A stretch of DNA of 64,000 nucleotides from the NCBI GenBank assembly GCA_000091205.1, contig AP006483.2; one strand, written 5' to 3'. Positions within the stretch are counted from its first letter, which is position 1. The number at the start of each line of letters is the position of its first letter. Made by a program: the position numbers and the translations under genes. The stretch comes from Cyanidioschyzon merolae. Its lineage: Eukaryota. Positions 11,374 through 21,900 of this stretch are shown here, in pieces. The notes beneath the pieces are model-generated. The model was not told the DNA's origin and made no database searches. It saw only the letters and a list, made by a program, of their open reading frames with translations.

Positions 11374-14300
11374 CTATGGCGCAGATTCGGTGCCCGTGGA
11401 GGAAGATTTGGACTTCTCGGTGGACTTGTTGCGCTTTTTGATGCTGCTTTTTGGTTGTTTCAGCGCTTCGGATTTGGCTGGCTTGCTGGCGCTTTTCTCT
11501 TGGCGTGCAGCAGCCGTAGACCCGCTTCCAGCACTTGCGCGTTTGCCGGCAGCTCCTGGGGACGTTGCCGCCGCTCTGGTCGTAGAGCTGCGCTTCGAAC
11601 GAGTTTTGCGCACAGTCTTTGGTGAGTTTGGCGCAGCGTTTCCATCCAAAGCGGATGTGCGGGACTCGTTGCCAGAAGGTTCCAAAGTTTCGGAGCGTGC
11701 TTGTTTCACGGACGGCGACGCGGTCATATCCACACTGGCCGCCGAACGCTCGGGCTGCTCATCACGCCCGGTCGGACGTGGTGCAGCCTCTGCTGACTTT
11801 GTGGGCACACGCTCGGAGGCGTGTTGCTGCGCAAGCTGGTGCTCAGAGGGATGTTGTGTAATCGATTTTGCGGACGATCCCGGAGCCTCGGACGGTTCTT
11901 CGGCACAAGCTGGCGACGTTACATTGGCATCCGTACGCTGCACATCACCGGCGCCATTTCTGCGTAAAGGCAAGTCCAGTGAATCGATACTGTTTCGGGT
12001 AGAGGCCTCTGTCCATGTCGGTCCTCCACGTGCTGCGACTGCGAGCGGCGACTTCTCATGCTTGTCTGCTTCAGTCGCTGCTGCGGATTCCCGTGGTGCG
12101 TCGACGACACGCGTCTGTGGCGGCGTGTCCTGTTCGACATGTGATGGCGAGCGGAAGCGTTCAGCCTGCCTTGCATCTGGTATCGCCTGCTTTGGAGCCG
12201 TTCCAGTGGTCTGTCGTCCACCAGCGGTATGATCTGAGGGTTTTTGTTCGAAACGCGAGGGTCTTGCACTGTCCACAGGTACAGGCGTGTTCGCGCTTGC
12301 TGCTTCAGCGGCTTGAGCTGTGGCAGCTAGCGAGGCTCCTGGCAGCGTCTCTGGCGCCGTGGTAATGGGTGCTGGATGCTGCTGCTGCTGCTGCTGCTTC
12401 TCCTGGGATAGCGGATTCTCTCGAACGGCCGACTGCTGGCACGTTTCGGATGCGGAGCTTGCTCGATCCTGAGCGTCTGCTCTTGTGTGGGTTTCTGCGC
12501 CCATTATGGAGGACGATGCATTCGGTACTTTGCCTGCTGATTCATTGGACACACCGGACTTTGGCGATGAGGGCGGTGCGCTGCTTGCTAGGTTTGTCGT
12601 CGCGGATTCGATAACGTCTGTTTCCGAAACTTTCCTGTTCGGCGCTTCTGCGGTGCGCGCGCGCCCAGCTGCTGCTGTCGAAAGTGGTGCGTGTAGAGTG
12701 GCTTCATCATCACTGGACGTGGCTGATTTTTGCTTTGTTTGAAAAGCCTCGAGCGCCCTCAGAACATGAGATTCTAGATCTTTGCTCCAAGCAGCATGCA
12801 CCATATCGGGATTCCACGGTAGAAAAGGGCATCTGCGCAGTGCGGTAAGCGTTTCCTGGCTCTTGGCATGCTTCTGGCGCCAGTGCCGCTCGATCTCGCA
12901 CACTAACTCGCCAACGGACCCACCGTCGTGCATTTTCTTCGCAATCTGGCGAATCAGAGACATATTGGCTCGAACCAAAGCCATCGCTTCGACAAATGCC
13001 CAGCGCAGGGTGAAATCCTCCCAGTCGATTCGCTGGAGATCCGAGACGTCGTCACCAGGGCTTGAACGCTTATCCATCTGGGCGCTCAGCGTCCGAATCT
13101 GGATTCCAAGACTCTCCTTGACAAAGATTCGGGCCTGACGAGTCTCGCTCTCTATGAGTTCCTGATCAAAGCAACATTCCGCCGCAGTGCGCGAAAGCAG
13201 CCAAACTGTGAGCAAGGCTATATGCTCCTCAAGCAGAGGATTCACTTGCTCAGCATCCTTCTGGCGACTGCATTGGTCGGCAACCTTCTTGAACCATTCC
13301 AGGCAAAGGCGAGCCCGTGGGCGGAAGGCAAAGTCCGGAATTCCAAGCAGATAGGCAACCACAAAAGACGCTGCGTCGCAAAACGCCTCGCGCTCGCGAT
13401 TGCCGCCTACGATGCGACGTATGCCCTTGTCCACCGTGTCGGAGATCCGGCCTTGGAAAAGGAATACGAAACGATCAAGCGCATAGGAGCCAAATAGCAA
13501 CGTAAGAACGAGTGTTTCCTCGCTGCCATGTCGATGAAAAATAATAGGATCGATGATTTCTCCAAGAATCGCCAAGCTAGAAAACGCCAGAAACCCGAGC
13601 CCAACAGATGCTTGCACTAGTTCTTCACGAGGGTTCGACGGCAGCGGCGGGAGCGCACTATACGCTGCCGCACCAGCCGGATCACGACACCAGATGCTGC
13701 GCATCGAGGGCGAATTCGAGAATCGAATCCGAGGCGGCGGATGAGTATTCAAAATTCGCTCTTGTTCAATGCCAAATGCCTGGATCGCGCCGAGGTCCCA
13801 TAAACGGAGCAAAAGCAAGGCGAACCCGAACCCGAAATTTTCATCCAGCGCGCGCCGGATCCGTTGGCCATCGAGCTCCACAGACGGTGCCCGAATGACC
13901 GCATCCACTAAGAGCAGAACGAGCTCGTCGCTTTGTTTTGTATCAAGATCGCGTACCTGAGAATCACGTTGCATCTCTTCCAAAAGCGCCAGTATCGAAT
14001 CCAGTGACAGTGGCGTTGGCGAACTATCGCTGTAGTTGCTCGAGCCCGAACGGCTACAGACCGCTTCCAGTGCTGTTTTGTACGCAGTAGAACGCGGCAA
14101 ACCTTGGAGGATCTGCTGCAGCGTGCTTTTAGACTCGTCTGCTGAGTCTCTCAAAGTGCCGGGGAATAAACCTCGCGCTTGCTCTTGGAGGCGGCTGTCT
14201 TCTGCAGGCGTTTTCGCCCAAACGTCAAAGGCGCGTCGCTGTCGAGCGCCACACGCGCGCCTCCAATCCGTACAAGACTTGCGAGACCAGGTATAATAAT

Positions 14301-14550
14301 TAATTTGGCAGGTCCACCTGCAGAGCATCCCTCCAGAGGTGCGCGCATCATTTGAAATGCGCAGCGCCCTAGGCGCCGTCACCGTGAAGGCCACGAGCGT
14401 AGTTGGTGAGCGCCCACGTCGCGGCGTCGGCGCCTTGCTCCACAGAGACAGCGTTCCAGAAAAGTTTTTGTAGACGTTGTCACGCTTGCGGTCCATGATT
14501 CCGTGAAAAAAACAGCTGTAAACGTTCGGCAGGAGGCGTCTCGGGCGCAC
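11374..14550 (-). CDS. Large hypothetical protein of 1058 aa. The N-terminal half is conserved-looking and globular or membrane-associated (FGFGFALLLLRLWDLGAIQAFG, GLGFLAFSSLAILGEIIDP). The C-terminal ~450 aa form a disordered Ser/Ala/Pro/Lys-rich tail with a short polyQ
   Basis: Single long ORF. In-frame (GCT)n at about 12377-12398 encodes QQQQQQ. The basic KR/S-rich C-terminus ends at 11374. Confidence 0.5.
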   Translation of the reverse strand: MRPRRLLPNVYSCFFHGIMDRKRDNVYKNFSGTLSLWSKAPTPRRGRSPTTLVAFTVTAPRALRISNDARTSGGMLCRWTCQINYYTWSRKSCTDWRRACGARQRRAFDVWAKTPAEDSRLQEQARGLFPGTLRDSADESKSTLQQILQGLPRSTAYKTALEAVCSRSGSSNYSDSSPTPLSLDSILALLEEMQRDSQVRDLDTKQSDELVLLLVDAVIRAPSVELDGQRIRRALDENFGFGFALLLLRLWDLGAIQAFGIEQERILNTHPPPRIRFSNSPSMRSIWCRDPAGAAAYSALPPLPSNPREELVQASVGLGFLAFSSLAILGEIIDPIIFHRHGSEETLVLTLLFGSYALDRFVFLFQGRISDTVDKGIRRIVGGNREREAFCDAASFVVAYLLGIPDFAFRPRARLCLEWFKKVADQCSRQKDAEQVNPLLEEHIALLTVWLLSRTAAECCFDQELIESETRQARIFVKESLGIQIRTLSAQMDKRSSPGDDVSDLQRIDWEDFTLRWAFVEAMALVRANMSLIRQIAKKMHDGGSVGELVCEIERHWRQKHAKSQETLTALRRCPFLPWNPDMVHAAWSKDLESHVLRALEAFQTKQKSATSSDDEATLHAPLSTAAAGRARTAEAPNRKVSETDVIESATTNLASSAPPSSPKSGVSNESAGKVPNASSSIMGAETHTRADAQDRASSASETCQQSAVRENPLSQEKQQQQQQHPAPITTAPETLPGASLAATAQAAEAASANTPVPVDSARPSRFEQKPSDHTAGGRQTTGTAPKQAIPDARQAERFRSPSHVEQDTPPQTRVVDAPRESAAATEADKHEKSPLAVAARGGPTWTEASTRNSIDSLDLPLRRNGAGDVQRTDANVTSPACAEEPSEAPGSSAKSITQHPSEHQLAQQHASERVPTKSAEAAPRPTGRDEQPERSAASVDMTASPSVKQARSETLEPSGNESRTSALDGNAAPNSPKTVRKTRSKRSSTTRAAATSPGAAGKRASAGSGSTAAARQEKSASKPAKSEALKQPKSSIKKRNKSTEKSKSSSTGTESAP
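12377..12398. repeat. (GCT)7 trinucleotide microsatellite inside the CDS, encoding polyQ on the minus strand
   Basis: gctgctgctgctgctgctgc read directly. Confidence 0.85.
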
Positions 14551-17500
14551 CTCTTACCCAGCGGTCGCACAAGCGGCCCAGACGCTGTGCAGCTATCGCC
14601 ACATGAAACGAGATTCGCGCGCGCATGGACACGCGCGCTTTTCAAACTTGGACACTTGCGGACAAGAGAGATATTTCGTGTCTTCGGCATTCTCGACCAA
14701 ATAAGCGGCCGAAAGTGCACTTCAACGGGATGAAAAATTATTCTATTGGGAGTAGGGTAATAGATGCTCTGGCTTACCGAATAAATCTGCCGCTTGGCTT
14801 CTTCGTTGAGAGAAAGGACGATAAGCGGGACGACTTGACCCCAGGGGGAACTTCCCGTCGTCAACTTGAAGCTGGGCGCTTTCCACCAGGACCCTAATCG
14901 CGAACGAATAAAGTCCCTCGTCTCACATTGCTTTAACCTTGTCAACTGAAAGCAAGGGGAAGCCAGCACTCTCGCGAATTTCCGAAAACTGGGGAGTCGC
15001 TCTTCCGATTCTTGACCCAGTTCACGCGATGGACTGTTTCCCTCTTACGGACACAGAAAAGAATTGGTAAAAATTGTCAAGAATCGGACGATCGAAGGGC
15101 CAAAAATGCGCTCCCTTTCATGCATAGAAAAAATTGTACGCCTGAACCATCGTCTGGACCGTCAGGAAAGGTAGCGGCTTCGAGAGAGCCATCGGCGCAA
15201 GTCTCAGGTCGATCGTTGATGAATACGATCGTCTTTGACCCTTGATGAACGGAAGGACGAACCGGAGGGAAGGACCTGTGAGTTTCGACGATGGTGGATA
15301 TCTGTGGGATGACGCAGATGCTCGCGGCGCTTTCGATTCCGAAGGCGACGATCGCCACGAATCATATCCAGATGAATGCTGGGTGTCGCGTCGCTTATTA
15401 TATCAAGCTGAGGTACGGAAGCGAAATCAAGGGCGTCTAGAGAGAGGGATTGTTTGTGCCGTACGAACTCAAACGCTTGCGAGTCTCGACGTTCTCCTCT
15501 TCCAGAGCGATTGAGAAGGGAAACCTGGGATGAAATTGGCGCGCTGAAATCGCGGAATATCGAAGCAAGTACTTTCCGAAGGCTTCTCTCTGACTGAAGC
15601 ATCTATCCAAGACGCGTATGGCCGTTCCTCTGAACTATAAAATAATGGAAAAGAGTGCAAACACTTCGGATACCTGGATAGAATAGAATGGAACCGGCCC
15701 AATAGGTCAACGCCGCCCCAAGACGTTCTGTCTCCTGTCGACGAGGCGTCGTATCCCAATTCGTCATGTTCCTTCCAGTTACTTGATCATCATGGGCATT
15801 CTACGACGCCATGGTACCGTGGACATGAAAGAAAGCGGAAGGAAATTGAATGAGTAAATGTAGACTAAGGTTTACCAGGAAAACCTCAATATCAAAGCTG
15901 CTGAAACTATAAACAGTCTATTCGGTTTCCAGCTTCTCTCGGATGGACACGGTGCCAGTGTTCAACTGAGCGCACCGCTGCATATTTCGAGGGAAATGGG
16001 AGACGACAAAAGCTGTTCGCCTCTGAGGGATAAGCAACGTCTCATGGGCGAGAACCCGGGTCTTCCAGACGCGGTCACCTTGGTGGACACGAGTCCCGGA
16101 TAAGAAACGCGTCATTACACCAGCAGAAGACACGACCAGGAGGCGAGGTTCGTTTACAGCGCAGGGGAAACGCAAGAAAAAGAACCAATGGAGAGAGGAT
16201 GTGACTGCTCGTCTCCTCATTTGTGAACCGACGAAATCTGCTTTCAAAACCAACCTGAGAACGGATTTGCGTGTGTCCCCTGAACGACTGAGACAACGAG
16301 CTCGTTCTGGATACCAGTGAACGAGATGCTCCCGGTCACATGTTTGAAAAGGAACCAATGCCTGGGATCTGCACCCTCTTTTGGTACCGAATGGCGAAAA
16401 GACCGTCATCGAATTCTGGAACCAGGATGCAGGAGCCAAGCGTTCGATATCCCATCATAGATCCGGTGTGCGGAAATCGACCAAACAGAAGTTTGGGGGA
16501 ATGCCGGATATGCGTCTTGGAGACATCGATGAATGCGGACGTGCCTGACGTGTTCTTGTTGCGGAATTCACCTCACGAACATAAAAGAACGATGACGAGG
16601 GCTATTTCCAATGGAGAAAAGAATGCGAAAGAAAGAAGGTCCTATCTTGCTCAGATCCACAGAGTGCTGCACTGAAAGCGAATAAGGTGCAGGGGTCTGG
16701 GAGAATCTCCCAGCCGAGGCACCACGTGGAATTGTGACGACAAGGAATGCCACAACATTCCTGAGCTGCTACAGATCAGCGTGAGACGAGGCCAACATCG
16801 TGCACCATTTCGTCACGCGATAGGAAACAAAAAATCATCGCCCAGAGGCAAAAAGCCGCAGCATCCTTCCTGACCAAAAGACTCGAGGCGAGCGACAGGT
16901 TATGTACTCCTGGGTTTCTTATATAGTAAGCGTTATATTTTGATTCAGTCATACAGGAGCAAGTGAGATGACACGACTGCCCCACAATTTTCGATCATGC
17001 CAGAATGCTCAGCGCAACTCAGTTCGACCTGCGTTAGAACAAAACGGAGACGGACCCACTTGGTTGACTCGGGCGTCCACTCAAAGGTTTCGATTTCTTC
17101 CGAAAATCATCACCATGAACCTGTGGAGGTATCTCCTGAGACCGATTACCTTTCCGCTCTCTTATCTCTGGCTTGAAATACGTCGGTTTCTCCTTAGACT
17201 CATGCATCATTCATTGCAACGGAAGGCTGATTGCAGCGCGAACCTCCTGATTTCGCCGCTTCAAACAGACGGTGATGCGTCTCATGCTAGGGCAAAAATT
17301 GCGATCTACGCATCACTTTCCATCTCCATCTTCTCTGTATACAGCTTCTGTACGCCCTTCGCAGCAGCAGCACTAGAATGCAGTGCATTGTTCCAGTGTG
17401 CCGACTACATCTCGTCGTCCGCGCACCAACCTCTCTCGCGTGAACGCTTTTCTCGTTGCTCGCTACATGCCCTTGACAGTTGCAGAAGGATAACATTGAT

Positions 17501-17843
17501 ACTCGCATTCGCTTCGACTCCGGTGTGATACCTGAATAACATATGGTTTCTCTGAACGTTCGCCTTGGCGAGTACGCTATCCGCTTCGCGCGCAGGCCTT
17601 CGGTGTTCCATTCGATCAAGGATTTGCGCAACGCGATGCTTCTTACGATGACCCAGGTACCGCGAGCAACATCCAGGCTGTAAACCAAGCGACCCAGTTT
17701 TGGTCTATCTGCGGCCACTTCGTCCGAAGCGGTAATGCACGCTCCACGAGCAGTGATTACTACGATGACGAAAGTCCAAGTCCGAGACCCCATTCCACGG
17801 AAACAGGAAAATGGGTCTCTCCGGGACCATCTCTCGAGAGGGG

Positions 17844-17997
17844 TATCACGCTGCTGTTGAATGCCGTTTCGTCGATACACACCAAGGGCGGATCTTGTAG
17901 CTTTCGAACAGAACAGATTATATCACGCTGCTGTTGAATGCCGTTTCGTCGATACACACCAAGGGCGGATCTTGTAGCTTTCGAACAGAACAGATTA
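17844..17997. repeat. 77-bp tandem repeat, two near-identical copies
   Basis: Unit tatcacgctgctgttgaatgccgtttcgtcgatacacaccaagggcggatcttgtagctttcgaacagaacagatta starts at 17844 and again at 17921. Confidence 0.85.
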
Positions 17998-18941
17998 TTT
18001 GGCATGAGAGGCCCTGTGAGCCTTCTGCAACAATTTGTGAACCAGGCGTCAAGGGAACGCCTCGCGTTTTCTGTCCCTCGTGGGTCTAGCGGCACGACAT
18101 GCTGCGTTCACCAGGTGATATGAAAGATGGAAAACTTGAAGAATGCATGATTTGCGCATGCTGCACGCAAGGAACCGAGAAGATAAAATCCTTGTACATT
18201 TTCAGTGGATAATGATTTCGATTAGGGCACGAACCCGTATTCGAGGGCGTGGTGAATCATGCTGTATTCCGCGGACATAACGCATTCCAATGGACGATTT
18301 GAAAGAGCGCCGCTCTGAGTAGACGACCGAGAATCCTGGAAACGCGTACAACTCTGTAATCTCTTATTGCAATGAATGGAAAATCGAGTCCGTGTATCTA
18401 ACGAGGTTCGCAAAAATCGAAAAGCAAGAACATCACAGGCATTCCAGAGCTCCAGTCTGAAACGGATGCAGCGCTCGAGATCTGATCAGCTTGCTTGTCG
18501 TACCCTTGATCTACAGCGCGTCTGAGGTGGCTTGCATCAAAGTTTTCCACATGCCGAGCTCCTGCTTGTCAAGGAGAATCGTCGGCCATTCGAAGCGTCC
18601 GAGTGCAGCGCCTCATCCTCTGTGCGTATGGCTGTGTCTCTACGTGCTGGTTCTTGTTGCCATATATCGACAACGACAGTGAAGCTCGTCGAACACAACA
18701 CCTCTGGTGACGGCAATGACGACAAATGAAGGTGAACCTTTCAAAGAAGTTAGCTGCAGGGAAGCAGCAGCATGGGAACGGCTCTCCAGGTGGTCCAGTA
18801 CTTGCCGGGGCGCGGGTGACGCCCAGTGACACCGTCATAGCGGAAATACCTCACCAGTTCAAGCTTCAGACCGAGTTGCAGTCAATCAGTTCGCTTTGGG
18901 TGCATTTATCCGAGTTGGAGTTTCGGTTTTTTTTCCAGTTT

Positions 18942-21900
18942 TCAAGGCTTGAAAGCCACACGCATGCGAAGTGTTGATAAGAGCGCACGAGAGGCTGCTG
19001 AGCCTTGAAGAGCGCTCTCGATTGAACCGAATGTTTCTGCACTAAGCCTGCAGTGCACGACACAAGCACAAAGTAAGAGTAAGCGTGCGTTCAACTTGCA
19101 AAAACTGGAAGTAACGGTTGTCCGCTGAGGTTCATCCGAAAGCTCGGACAGCAGAAAGTCGACCATGCGCCCGGCAAAGACAGCAACCGGGTGGGTGTGG
19201 ACGGCCTCGTCTACCCGAGTGGCTGTACCCGTTGCCGCCAGCGTCTCCCGAAGGAGGTTCCCGTAGCATGGAAGCTCCCACAGCGATGCTGGCGGGGCAA
19301 GCTCGTCGTGACTGTCACCGCAAGCGCATTCCTCTTCAAGTTTGGAGACCAAGCATGGAGTGAGGACGCTAATCAGCAGCTGCATACGTTTCCGGAGCGC
19401 TGTGCGTAAGGTACGCACCAGCGCACGGCGAACCAGCAAGTGCTCAACTGGTGACCCTGCAGCAGAGGCCTCCGCCCACGGCACCGGTTCCAGTGGTGAC
19501 ATCGCGCCGACCGCTTCCACGACGCTTCGCAAAGCGCTGCAAAGCAACTTGTCGATTGCGGCGTTTGCAACATCTTGCTGAGCGTGGCAGGTAGCATGCG
19601 GGAGCAGATGCCAGGCAACACGGCAGGCAGCGATCACGTTCGGTGCCATCAACTGTTCGCCAACGCGGTTTGCTGTGGCTTCATCCAGGCCCTCGCCGGC
19701 CACAGGACCGAGTGCCAGACATTCACTCAAGTACAGGGCCCCTTCTTGACGCAATGTTCCTATCGGATTGCTGTCTGTGACGTTTGTAAAGGCCCATTCG
19801 TACGCATCCAGCAAGCTTCGAATGGTTGCTGCTCGGATGCAGTATCGCGCAGGAGCTGTTTCCGACTTTGACTGTCCGCCGCTGTGATCCGAGTGCCGGG
19901 CTCGCTTCCGGTCCGCATCCCGAACGAGGCCATTGGCGATTATGAGACATCCCAGCAGCTTTGCTGCGATGACGCGCACTGCCTGCGATACCTGCTCCTT
20001 GGCGTCCAGAAAACGGGTCAGCAGGGCCTGCAGGGCCCGGCAGCTGCGTATGAACCGATGATCGCCTTCAATGTGAGATCGAAGCGCCGGCTGGAACAGC
20101 ACCCATTCGCACAGCAGGGCAACTGATTCCATGGTCTGGACACTGCAGTCTGAAGCTCCATCTGAAGCCGTCTCCAGAATGCTTGTCAAGTGCGGCAGCA
20201 GAACTCGGGAGCCGAACACGTCGGCGCCGCGTCCCCAAGCAATAAGTGCCTCAACGGCAGGCACGAACGATTCCACCTGGGCCCCGATTCGAAGAGCTTC
20301 TGAAACGCTACTCAGGCATTCTTCGGAGAGATCTTCCATGAGACTTTTGGGTAGAGCCGAGAGCAACCTCCAGAAGTGCATCACGCTCCTGGTTTCCGCT
20401 CTAGCACCACCGAGCAGTGATGCTTTCTCGCTCGGAAGCGCGTCCACCAATGCGAAGAGCGTTTCCAAGGCAAGCTGCCTTTCGAGGAAGACTCTGCAGT
20501 CGCTATGCTCGCCATCGTATACTACCGCTGCGATGCTTCGATATGTTTCACAGAGAATTACGAACAAAGGCTCTACGAGCTCCTTTTCGCAGCCTCCATG
20601 ATCCCTCTGATTCAGCGAGCTCTCGTCTGCATTGGGATCCTGTTGGGTCAACTCGATCACCGCTTTTCCGAGAACCGCGATGAACTTGCATATGGAGCGC
20701 ACGCACGGAATGCTTATCGGAGGCAAGTTCCTGAGCCAATTCCGCGGTTCGAGCGCCAGCGGCCCCAGCGAGGCGTAAAAGTGCCATGCTGCGACCGCAT
20801 CTAGACGGATGAATTCAACGCACCGAGCCAGTGTGTCCGTGTAACGCAACGGATCCACATCTTCATCCAAGTTGGCATCAAGACCAGTGAAGAAGCTCGG
20901 AAGCAGTAAGCAGGTAAGGCGGCTGTCCATGGTATCACCGGCGCTCATGTAGGGCAATATATCTTCTTGCAGGGAGCATACATCGTACCAGCGTAGAGAC
21001 GGGGATCTACTGACTCCGAGAACGAGCTCTGCGGCCGCTAGCTGGACCCTCCTATTCCTGTCATGGAGACACGTCCGAAGGCCGCGTAGAAGGCCAGTCC
21101 GCAGCGTGGCCTGTGCTAAGGGCTGCTCAAGCACAAGTCGTAAAATTCCGCGGCAAACGCTTTCTCGAACGGTTGCCGAAGCAGCGTCTAGTGCAAGCTC
21201 ACCGGTTAGAAGCTGAAGCAGCTGAACCCGATCAGCGGCCGGAAACAGATCCCAGAAGATGGTCAAGAGGCGGCAGACACCATCCACGGCCAGCTTTCGA
21301 ACAACGGGGCTCTTATCGAAGAGTACACGCGGGAGCACAGCGAACTGTCGTGCAAGCTGGGTATCCAGGTCGTCGAGAACATCGCCGCGAGGCGAGCTCG
21401 GTGCCAGTGTCTTGGTCTGTTCGTCGTCGGAGACGTCCTGCGTGCGCTCGCTGGACTTGAGCTGGAGCAGATCGGTGTCTGAGCCATCTTCTCTCAGCAG
21501 CGGGAAGGCATCGAAGAACAAGTAACAGGCATTCTGTCGGATGCGAGGATTCGTCGAACGCAGAAGAGCCCGATAGATGATCGGCTCGTAGCAGTGTGCA
21601 AGAGCATTATCGACACCAGGCAATCGCTTCTGCGCATGAAACGCTGCGAGAATTTGCCGGCAGACTCGGGCCAGACGTGATGATTTGCTAAGGATGCTCT
21701 TCTCTGCGAAATCTCGGAGACAGAGCTGCTCAAACACACTTCTAGCCAAACCATACTGGAGATTTTCTCGGCAGGCCGCGTGTGCAATGCACCATGCTCG
21801 AAAATAAATTTCAGCGTAGTACTGACAGAGTCGCTTTCCATGCAATTCGAAGATGATACTCTCGATGAAGTGCTTATGAAGCAGTCGTGTCAAATCTTGA

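Noticed and set aside
11374-14550. FGFGF in the 1058-aa protein as a nucleoporin FG-repeat signature.
   Set aside because: It is a single occurrence embedded in a hydrophobic segment, not an FG-repeat array.
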